Assembly (NCBI GenBank): GCA_011364975.1
Contig: RDOE01000035.1
Location: 1 to 33,569, forward strand
DNA length: 33,569 nt
Origin: Promethearchaeota archaeon
Lineage (GTDB): Archaea; Asgardarchaeota; Lokiarchaeia; Sigyniarchaeales; SOKP01
Reading direction: 5' to 3'
The translations under genes were made by a program, and so were the position numbers. Shown here piece after piece: positions 1 through 7,909 of this stretch. Position 1 is the first letter of the stretch; every line of letters begins with the position of its first letter. The notes under the pieces were generated by a model. The model did no database searches. It saw only the letters and a list, made by a program, of their open reading frames with translations, and was not told where the DNA came from.

Positions 1-587
1 CGAGCTCCATCTTCCATACCAGTTCTTATAATATAATCTACCTCAGGAAAATTGCGTGTATATAGATATCCTTTAATTAAATTTTTATTAATATCATCCA
101 CTTTGATCCCTTTTTTGATTATATCTTTTACAGCATCTACAATTTCTTCTTGTCCATCATACATTATACATAGATTGATAAAATATTGATTATGATCCTT
201 AGTAAAATCAATCAATTCCCTAATTTTTTCTCGTACACTCAATGGTAATAAATGAATCCGCCCAATTACATTAAAATTAACTTTATCTTCTTTGACAGTT
301 GACTCTTTTATAACTGTATCTACAGCATCTAGTATGATACCAAAGATATACTCAATTTCTTTTTCGTTTCTTTTTCTTACATTCTCAATTGATAAGGCAT
401 AAATACTTAAGTAATGTATTCCCGCGTCGAAAAAGTCGAATAACCTTTCTTTCAGATTTTTATAACCAATCAAGTGGCCCACATTAGGACTAAGGAGATT
501 CTTTTTTGCCCACCGACGATTTCCATCAAGTATCAAACCAATATGCTTAGGTAATCTATTCTTCGGTATCTCCTCTAATTCTTCCAA
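1..587 (-). CDS. uppS: cis-prenyltransferase (UppS/polyprenyl diphosphate synthase), 3' end runs off the window; not in the ORF track
   Basis: Manual minus-strand translation from TTG at 587: (M)EELEEIPKNRLPKHIGLILDGNRRWAKK...FPEVDYIIRTGMEDGAR. Has the P.HI..I.DGNRRWA motif and the D..IRT motif. An in-frame TGA just upstream limits the start. Confidence 0.93.
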   Translation of the reverse strand, partial: MEELEEIPKNRLPKHIGLILDGNRRWAKKNLLSPNVGHLIGYKNLKERLFDFFDAGIHYLSIYALSIENVRKRNEKEIEYIFGIILDAVDTVIKESTVKEDKVNFNVIGRIHLLPLSVREKIRELIDFTKDHNQYFINLCIMYDGQEEIVDAVKDIIKKGIKVDDINKNLIKGYLYTRNFPEVDYIIRTGMEDGA

Positions 588-919
588 GGTAAATTTAACC
601 TTACATCAAAATTAATTCCTATAATTTATTATTAAAACTTCATGAATATTAATACTCGGAAAAATATTAAATTGCTGGTGTAAAAATAAATCATTAAAAT
701 TTTAAGATAAATACAATCTCGAAGAATTATAGTAAATTTCCCTACTTTCAATAATATGAATTGTTGAAAATATGATAATAATGGGAATTTTTAAATAGCT
801 ATTTTACTTAGAATCAGTAATATTTAATTAGATAAGTTTTTGAGTAAATAAAAACTATAAAGAATAATTTAACTTTTAAATTAAAAGATAATTAGTTATG
901 ATTTTAGTGGAAATGGAGC

Positions 920-2548
920 ATGATGAGGAACGGCTTTTTGTATTCTAACATTGGGATTGATTCGATTGGATTTCATGCCCCTAGATATTTTATTAAATTA
1001 AAAGATTTAGCCAGAGAAAGAAAAATAGACCCTGAAAAGTATAAAAAAGGTTTGATGGCAATAGAAATGAGATTACCTGAAATTAATGAGGATATTATTT
1101 CTATTGGGTTAAAAGCAGGGTATAATGCGCTTATTAAAGGAAATATTTCACCTAAGGAGATTGACGCACTTTTTGTAGGAACTGAGACAATAACATATGC
1201 CGTTAAGAGTGTTTCTAATATTTTTGCAGAGTTATTAGAAATTTCACCTAACAGTTTTACTCAAGATTGCTATAATGCGTGCGCTGGTGGAACTTTAGCA
1301 CTACTTAATGCTATTGCATTAATAGATAAAGAAGTTATCAAAAAAGCTCTTGTGATTAGTGCAGATATTTCTTCATATCAGATTGGATCTCCTAGTGAGC
1401 CCACTCAGGGTTCAGGTGCCGTTGCATTAGTTATTTCAAAGAATCCAAGAGTTGCTGCCTTTAGTGAAAAATTTGGAAAGGTTTCTGGGAATGTTGATGA
1501 CTTTTTTAGACCAGCATATGAAAAAAATGCTAAAGCATTTGGTCATTATTCTGTAGATACATACCTTGATTTTCAATTAAGAGCATATGATGATTTAATT
1601 AATAATGTGGGAGATTTTTATGCTGACTTTTATACATTTCACGCCCCTTATTCTAAATTACCTATAAAATGCATGCAATATATCATTCAAAAACGATGGA
1701 TAAATCATATCAATAACCTACCGAGATTAAAAAGAAACCAAATTAAATCATCTATTCTAAAGAAATTAGATTCCTTTATGCATGATATAACAGTTTTACC
1801 TGAATGGTTATATTTGAAATTGAGAGAAAGAGGTTTTTCTTCTGAAACACTGGAATCCCTCTCACATAAATTGATCCGTGATATTAAAGGAAGAGTACTT
1901 CCACAATTAAGAGTTCCCTCTCATTTTGGAAATATGTATAATGCCTCCGTTTGGGCTCAAATATTATATATTCTTGAAAATTATGCTCGCGTAAATGATA
2001 CTATCTATTTTGGTTCTTATGGATCGGGGGCAACATGTATCTCGGGACTATTAAAGATTAAAGAAGATTTCAAAAGTGTTATTGATAAAAGCCCTAAAAT
2101 TGATGATTTTATAAACAATAAAGAACGAAAAACAGTTCAAGAATATGAAATAATAAAAAATGGGAATTTCTTACCTAGCACTGTATTAGGAGAAATTATC
2201 GAACACGAACAAAACCAACATCGAGGTTTCACGCTCCATTTTTGTGATGAAGGATGCATTATTCCTAATATTAAAGGGCTAAATCATTGCCCTAAAGGAC
2301 ATTCTGGGTTTCATACAAGATTTTTTCCACTTTTTGCTGTTCTAAAATCAGAACCTATAGAAAATCCTGACGAAAATAATCTTACCTTTCTCCAGAATGG
2401 ATTAGTTAGGATTATAGGTAAAGTTAAACAAGGAACATTACTAGAATATGAACTCCGGCGGATTGAAAATAAAAATGAGAAAAATTTCAATGCAATTGGT
2501 TTATTAAATTGGAGTCCTATGTATATTCCAATTCAAAATGTTTATTAA
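920..2548 (+). CDS. mvaS: Hydroxymethylglutaryl-CoA synthase with internal insertion and C-terminal DUF35-like (Zn-ribbon/OB) extension
   Basis: Catalytic motifs GTET (Glu), NACAGG (Cys), EPTQGSGAVA, FHAPYSK (His), GNMYNAS, YGSGA; first gene of a mevalonate operon. Confidence 0.93.
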   Translation: MMRNGFLYSNIGIDSIGFHAPRYFIKLKDLARERKIDPEKYKKGLMAIEMRLPEINEDIISIGLKAGYNALIKGNISPKEIDALFVGTETITYAVKSVSNIFAELLEISPNSFTQDCYNACAGGTLALLNAIALIDKEVIKKALVISADISSYQIGSPSEPTQGSGAVALVISKNPRVAAFSEKFGKVSGNVDDFFRPAYEKNAKAFGHYSVDTYLDFQLRAYDDLINNVGDFYADFYTFHAPYSKLPIKCMQYIIQKRWINHINNLPRLKRNQIKSSILKKLDSFMHDITVLPEWLYLKLRERGFSSETLESLSHKLIRDIKGRVLPQLRVPSHFGNMYNASVWAQILYILENYARVNDTIYFGSYGSGATCISGLLKIKEDFKSVIDKSPKIDDFINNKERKTVQEYEIIKNGNFLPSTVLGEIIEHEQNQHRGFTLHFCDEGCIIPNIKGLNHCPKGHSGFHTRFFPLFAVLKSEPIENPDENNLTFLQNGLVRIIGKVKQGTLLEYELRRIENKNEKNFNAIGLLNWSPMYIPIQNVY

Positions 2549-2681
2549 ATTTACGTTCTAAACTTATTGTTAATTATGATTTTACCAATTTCAAGCAATC
2601 TTATATATAGAAATGGATTCAATTTCACCCGAGGTAAAATTATTAGAAGAAGAAATAAAAAATGTGAAAATAGATTGATAG

Positions 2682-3971
2682 GTGTTAAAAATAAACGAGA
2701 TAAATTCAGATATTTCCCAATTTTACAAACTCTCTTTAACTGAACGACAAAATCAGTTAGCAAGGATGTTTAATCTTGACAAGGATGATCGTGATCTATT
2801 AAAAAATTTAGGATACTTAACGAAATCTCAAATTGATACTATGATTGAAAATGTCGTAGGAAGTTATCAATTACCATTTGGAATTGCTTTGAATTTCAAA
2901 ATAAATGGGATTGATTATATTATCCCTATGGTTATTGAAGAACCTTCTGTTGTTGCTGCTGCCTCTAATGCCGCAAAAATTGCAAGAAAACATGGTGGTT
3001 TTCATTCTGATAAAGTAGAATCAATAATGATTTCACAAATCCAAATTGTAGGTTTAAAAAATATTGAATCTTCAAAAGAAAAGCTAATAAAAAATAAAGA
3101 AAAGATATTGAAAATTGCAAATGAGCAAGATCCAATGTTATATAAGCTTGGAGGGGGTGCAATCGATATTGAGATTAGAGATTTAAATACAAGAAAAGGA
3201 TCTATGTTAATTGTTCACCTTCATGTTAATGTATTAGACGCTATGGGTGCAAACATAGTAAATACAATGGCTGAAGCTATAAGTCCTTTTATAGAAGATA
3301 TTAGTGATGGGAAAGTAAACATAAGAATAGTATCAAATTTAGCTATTAAGCGTGTTGTAAGATGTCAGGCCGTATTTGATAAAGATATGCTTGGGGGTGA
3401 AGAAGTGATAGAAGGAATACTTAATGCCTATGAATTTGCTCTCGCTGATCCTTATCGGGCAGCTACTCATAATAAGGGAATAATGAATGGCATTATTGCA
3501 TTAACATTAGCAACTGGAAATGATACACGAGCAATTGAAGCAGGAGCTCATGCTTATGCGTCTTTAACTGGTCAATATTCGCCCTTAACAACTTTTCGAT
3601 TAGATTCAGATGGAAATTTGCTGGGAGAAATACAGTTACCTCTTGCTTTAGGAATTATAGGAGGAATTACTAATATACACCCTATGGCACGGTTAGCTTT
3701 AAGAATATTAAGAGTTAAAAGCGCAGAAGAGTTATCTCAAGTGGCTGCTGCGTTAGGTTTAGCCCAGAACGTTGCGGCATTAAGAGCATTAGCAGCAGAG
3801 GGGATACAAAAAGGTCATATGGCTCTTCATTCAAGAAATATTGCAAAAATCGCGGGTGTGCCAGATAACTTAATAGAAAAAGTAGCGAATTTATTGGTTA
3901 AAGAGAAAAAAATAAGAGTAGATTACGCAAAAGAAATATTAAAAAGAATAAGTGAGGGTGAAAAACTTTAG
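2682..3971 (+). CDS. mvaA: HMG-CoA reductase, class II
   Basis: ENVVG, EEPSVVAA, DAMGAN, ATHNKGIMNG and GIQKGHMALH motifs typical of class II HMGR; GTG start. Confidence 0.96.
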   Translation: MLKINEINSDISQFYKLSLTERQNQLARMFNLDKDDRDLLKNLGYLTKSQIDTMIENVVGSYQLPFGIALNFKINGIDYIIPMVIEEPSVVAAASNAAKIARKHGGFHSDKVESIMISQIQIVGLKNIESSKEKLIKNKEKILKIANEQDPMLYKLGGGAIDIEIRDLNTRKGSMLIVHLHVNVLDAMGANIVNTMAEAISPFIEDISDGKVNIRIVSNLAIKRVVRCQAVFDKDMLGGEEVIEGILNAYEFALADPYRAATHNKGIMNGIIALTLATGNDTRAIEAGAHAYASLTGQYSPLTTFRLDSDGNLLGEIQLPLALGIIGGITNIHPMARLALRILRVKSAEELSQVAAALGLAQNVAALRALAAEGIQKGHMALHSRNIAKIAGVPDNLIEKVANLLVKEKKIRVDYAKEILKRISEGEKL

Positions 3972-4051
3972 TTTTATAAAAAGTGTTTCTGTAACTCCAC
4001 TTAGAAAACCATTTTTATTGAAAATTGAATTATAATAGATAAATTATAGAG

Positions 4052-5374
4052 TTGAAATTTATGGGATTTAGAGAATATTTAAAAAAGATTGATGAAGCGG
4101 GGTATCTTCAGAATGTAGACGCTGAAGTCTCAAAAACATTAGAAATCTCTGGAATTTTAAAAGAAATAGAACCAACACCAGTAATATTCAATAATGTGAA
4201 AGAGTCTGAATTTCGTGTTGCTGGAAACCTTTTTTGTAGCAAGGAGGTAGTTGCTTCATATTTCGGAGTACCTTCCACAGATCTTATACCCATGCTCACG
4301 AAAGCTATTTCTGAACCCTCAGAACCAGAAATTGAGCCTAATGCTCCCTGTCAAGAAGTTATAGAATCAAATGTTGATTTAGATAAATTACCCATTTTAT
4401 TCCATTGTGAGAAAGATGGTGGAAATTATATTAGTTCTGCTGTAGTTATTACTAGAGATCCGGATTATGGTCAAAATATGGATTTTCACAGAGCAATGCA
4501 ATTTTCTAAAGATAAATTTTCAACGAGAATTGTCAGCGGACGCCATTTTCATCAATTTTTAAAAAGAAATATCGAATTAGACGTTGCTTTTTGCATAGGA
4601 AATACTCCAAACGTCCTTATTGCAGGAGCAACATCAGTAGATATTGGAATTGATGAGTTACATATAGCAAACGCATTAGAACCTATCAAACTTGTTAAAG
4701 CGAAATCAGTTGATCTCTTAATACCCGCAGAAGCAGAATTTGTTTTAGAAGGACGGGTTTTTTTAGAAGAAAAACATGCTGAAGGTCCTTTTGTTGACTT
4801 AACGGAGACTTATGATGTAATTAGGGAAGAACCTGTTTTTGAAGTTAAAAAAATAACTCATAGAATTAATGCTATATGGCAAGCTTTATTACCAGGCGCG
4901 CTTGAGCATAAATTGTTGATGGGAATGCCTCGAGAACCTACTATTTTTAAAAAGGTGAATGAAACAGGTGTTAAGTGCCTAGATGTGAATGTAAATCCTG
5001 GTGGATGTTCTTGGTTACATGCTATAGTTCAAATTGATAAAAATTCAGAGGAAGATGGTAAAAAAGCTATAGAGGGTGCATTTGCTGGTCATACTAGCTG
5101 TAAACATGTCTTTATTGTAGATAAAGATATTGATATTTATAATCCTCTTTCAGTAGAGTGGGCAATGGCTACTCGCTTTCAAGGAGATGTGAGAATGATC
5201 ATCAAAGATAAAGAACCAGGCAGTAGTTTAGATCCCAGTGCTGAACCAGGAACAAAGATGACTACGAAAATCGGATTTGATTTAACTAAACCCCTTACAG
5301 TAAAAGGAAAGAGTTTTGAAATTGCCGAGTTTCCTAAGGTTGATATTAACAAATATTTCAAAGGAAAGGATTAG
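4052..5374 (+). CDS. UbiD-family prFMN decarboxylase, probable anhydromevalonate phosphate decarboxylase (AMPD); true start possibly ATG at 4061
   Basis: UbiD motifs DGGNYI, FHR, PAEAEFVLEG, EGPF.D, VD.DID, WAMATRFQ, SSLDPS; lies between HMGR and the AcnX subunits, with ubiX nearby. Confidence 0.9.
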   Translation: MKFMGFREYLKKIDEAGYLQNVDAEVSKTLEISGILKEIEPTPVIFNNVKESEFRVAGNLFCSKEVVASYFGVPSTDLIPMLTKAISEPSEPEIEPNAPCQEVIESNVDLDKLPILFHCEKDGGNYISSAVVITRDPDYGQNMDFHRAMQFSKDKFSTRIVSGRHFHQFLKRNIELDVAFCIGNTPNVLIAGATSVDIGIDELHIANALEPIKLVKAKSVDLLIPAEAEFVLEGRVFLEEKHAEGPFVDLTETYDVIREEPVFEVKKITHRINAIWQALLPGALEHKLLMGMPREPTIFKKVNETGVKCLDVNVNPGGCSWLHAIVQIDKNSEEDGKKAIEGAFAGHTSCKHVFIVDKDIDIYNPLSVEWAMATRFQGDVRMIIKDKEPGSSLDPSAEPGTKMTTKIGFDLTKPLTVKGKSFEIAEFPKVDINKYFKGKD

Positions 5375-6574
5375 TTGAAAATGGACTTAACATCAGAAGA
5401 GCAAGATATGCTCGATGGTAAATTTGGAAAAGCAGCTCAGAAATCTATGGAAATTTTATCAGCTTTAGGTGAGATTTTTAATGCTGAATCTATGGTTGAG
5501 GTTACCGGTGTTCAGATAGCTGGAGTTTCATATGATAATCTAGGTGAAGCGGGTTTGGAATTTTTAAGTGAAATGGCAGAAGATGGAAAGGTTAAAGTTC
5601 TAACAACCTTAAACCCCGCAGGAATGGATCGCGAAAATTGGCGTTTATTAGGAATAGATGAGGACTTTGCTAAGAATCAGAATCGTGTAATTGATGCATT
5701 TGCAAGAATGGGGGTAATTACTACATGTTCTTGCACTCCTTATTTAATCGGAAATTCGCCTCACTTTGGACAACATATTGCATGGGCTGAAAGTAGTGCA
5801 GTATGTTATGCAAACTCGGTTATTGGTGCACGAACAAATCGAGAAGGAGGACCAAGTGCATTAGCATCCGCAATAACTGGAAAAACACCAAATTATGGGT
5901 ATCACTTAGATGAAAATCGTCACGGTCAAGTTTTAGTAAAGGTAAATTGTGATCTCAAAGGTACTGACGAATTTGGTGTATTAGGAAAAATTATTGGTGA
6001 TAAATTAGTAGAATTAGGAATGAAAATCCCCTATATCATTGGAATAACTTCTGCTACAGTTGAAGAGCTTAAATCATTTTGTGCATCAGTAGCTACATAT
6101 GGGGGAACAGCATTATTTCATATGAAAGGAATAACTCCCGAATATGATAAATATCCACAACCTAGCGAAAATTTAATTGAAATAAATAAGATTAATTTAG
6201 AACAAGCCCGAAATAAACTTATTGATGATGATATTGAAGTGGATTTTGTAAGTATTGGTTGTCCTCATGCGTCAATTTATGAAATTGAAAAAATATCGCG
6301 TTTATTAAAGGGTAAAAAAGTAAATAAAGAATTTTGGATTACTACCGCAAGACCTACTAAAAGAATTGCTGATGAAGCAGGTTATTCTAAAATTATTGAA
6401 AAAGCGGGAGCAAAATTTGCTGCAGATACATGCTGTGTTGTAGCTCCAATAAAGGGACGGTTCAAAGGAATTATGGTTGATTCGGCTAAGGCTTGTTATT
6501 ATGGTCGTGCAAAGAACAAATTTAAAGTAAAAATTGGAACGATTGAAGATTGCATTGAGGAGGCTATAAAATGA
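5375..6574 (+). CDS. Aconitase X catalytic subunit, probable phosphomevalonate dehydratase large subunit (PMDh-L); true start possibly ATG at 5381
   Basis: TTLNPAG, CSCTPY, WAESSA, NSVIGARTNREGGP, GCPH and DTCCVVAP motifs of AcnX (DUF521); mevalonate operon context. Confidence 0.92.
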   Translation: MKMDLTSEEQDMLDGKFGKAAQKSMEILSALGEIFNAESMVEVTGVQIAGVSYDNLGEAGLEFLSEMAEDGKVKVLTTLNPAGMDRENWRLLGIDEDFAKNQNRVIDAFARMGVITTCSCTPYLIGNSPHFGQHIAWAESSAVCYANSVIGARTNREGGPSALASAITGKTPNYGYHLDENRHGQVLVKVNCDLKGTDEFGVLGKIIGDKLVELGMKIPYIIGITSATVEELKSFCASVATYGGTALFHMKGITPEYDKYPQPSENLIEINKINLEQARNKLIDDDIEVDFVSIGCPHASIYEIEKISRLLKGKKVNKEFWITTARPTKRIADEAGYSKIIEKAGAKFAADTCCVVAPIKGRFKGIMVDSAKACYYGRAKNKFKVKIGTIEDCIEEAIK

Positions 6575-6960
6575 AATTAAAGGGAAGAAAAATATATAAA
6601 GGAATTGTTGAAGCTAAAGCAATTGTAACTAAGGAAGGAATTTCATTTTATGGAGGAGTTGATCCTGAAACCGGTAAGATTGTTGAGGTAGGCCATGAAC
6701 TTGAAGGCCAATCTATCATTGGAAAGGTTTTAGTCTTTCCATCTGGCAAAGGCTCTACAGTTGGATCTTATACCATGTATAGAATGACGAAAAATAATAC
6801 TGCCCCTGCAGCAATTGTAAATGAACAAATTGATACAATCGTAGCTGTAGGGTGTATCATTAGCGAGATTCCTTGTATAGATAAAGTAGACATAAATAAT
6901 ATTAAAACGGGACAAAATATACTTGTTAATGCTTCAGAAGGATTTGTAGAGGTGAAATAA
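6571..6960 (+). CDS. Aconitase X swivel subunit, probable phosphomevalonate dehydratase small subunit (PMDh-S)
   Basis: ISFYGGVDPETG, GKGSTVGSY (DUF126); ATGA overlap with the large-subunit stop. Confidence 0.92.
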   Translation: MKLKGRKIYKGIVEAKAIVTKEGISFYGGVDPETGKIVEVGHELEGQSIIGKVLVFPSGKGSTVGSYTMYRMTKNNTAPAAIVNEQIDTIVAVGCIISEIPCIDKVDINNIKTGQNILVNASEGFVEVK

Positions 6961-7896
6961 TTGGGTACCGGGAGGGGTTATGGAAAAACTATCTTATTCG
7001 GGGAACATTTTGTAGTTTTTGGGCTCCCTGCAATTGCTTCAGCATTAGGATCTTTTACCCTCGCAGAAGTTAAAGTTTCTGAAGGAAAAGGATATACTGT
7101 GAATGATCAGAGACCTGCTACACCCGGATATAAAAAAACAAAATATAAAGAGTCAATGCAATCAATAATGAATGTAATTGATCATTTAAATATTGATTTA
7201 AATAATAATAAACTTGAGATTACTTTTTCTGGTGACTTAATTGCTGCAAGTGGAGTTGGGGCTTCTGCAGCTCAATGTACATCATTAGTTCGTGCGTTAA
7301 ACAGTACCTTTAATCTTAATTTAAATAACGAAAAGGTTAACGACGCAGCCTATGAGGGAGAGAAAGCATACCATGGAACACCTTCTGGAATTGATAATAC
7401 AGCTTCTACATATGGTGGATTGATTTGGTTTGTTAAAAACCTAAGTGGGGGCAAAAATACAATGGATCTTTTACAGATGCCAAAAAAAGTACCTCTAATA
7501 ATAGCTAATTCAGGAATTACGGCTTCAACAACTGAAGTTGTTGCTGATGTTCGCCGTTTAAAAGAAAAAAATCCTGAAAAGTTCGAAAAAATTTTTGTTA
7601 AATATAAAGAATTAGCAAAATCAGCTAAAAAAGCCATACTTGAAGGAGATATTGTCGATATAGGTAAACTAATGAACCAAAATCACAAACTATTACAAGA
7701 GATCAATGTGTCGGGAGAGATCAATGACAAATTAGTCAACCTTGCTCTGAAAAATGGAGCTATTGGTGCTAAAATGACTGGAACTGGTCGAGGTGGTTTA
7801 GTTATTGCTTTAGCAGAAAATGAGATAATGCAAGAAAAGATTGCTAACGCTATTGAAAAAGAAGGATATGTTGTTTGGAAAACCATGATAGGATGA
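6961..7896 (+). CDS. mvk: Mevalonate kinase (GHMP family)
   Basis: GK.ILFGEHFVV, SGVGASAA, HGTPSGIDN, GAKMTGTGRGG motifs; TTG start preceded by SD-like GAGGTG. Confidence 0.95.
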   Translation: MGTGRGYGKTILFGEHFVVFGLPAIASALGSFTLAEVKVSEGKGYTVNDQRPATPGYKKTKYKESMQSIMNVIDHLNIDLNNNKLEITFSGDLIAASGVGASAAQCTSLVRALNSTFNLNLNNEKVNDAAYEGEKAYHGTPSGIDNTASTYGGLIWFVKNLSGGKNTMDLLQMPKKVPLIIANSGITASTTEVVADVRRLKEKNPEKFEKIFVKYKELAKSAKKAILEGDIVDIGKLMNQNHKLLQEINVSGEINDKLVNLALKNGAIGAKMTGTGRGGLVIALAENEIMQEKIANAIEKEGYVVWKTMIG

Positions 7897-7909
7897 GAGA
7901 GATTGAAAA

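Noticed and set aside
873-887. CTTTTAA-A-TTAAAAG palindrome upstream of HMGS
   Set aside because: Almost entirely A/T in a very AT-rich spacer; cannot be distinguished from chance.
4052-5374. UbiD/UbiX as ubiquinone or aromatic-acid decarboxylase system
   Set aside because: Placement between HMGR and the AcnX subunits in a mevalonate operon points to AMPD instead.
5369-5383. Amber (pyrrolysine) readthrough fusing AMPD to PMDh-L, since TAG is followed directly by an in-frame TTG; similar zero-gap in-frame junctions at 6960/6961 and 28950/28951
   Set aside because: TAG is an ordinary stop for several genes here (HMGR, IPK-IDI2, ubiX), the other two junctions use TAA, each downstream gene has its own SD-like sequence, and no pyl genes are in the window. 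Translational coupling explains it.
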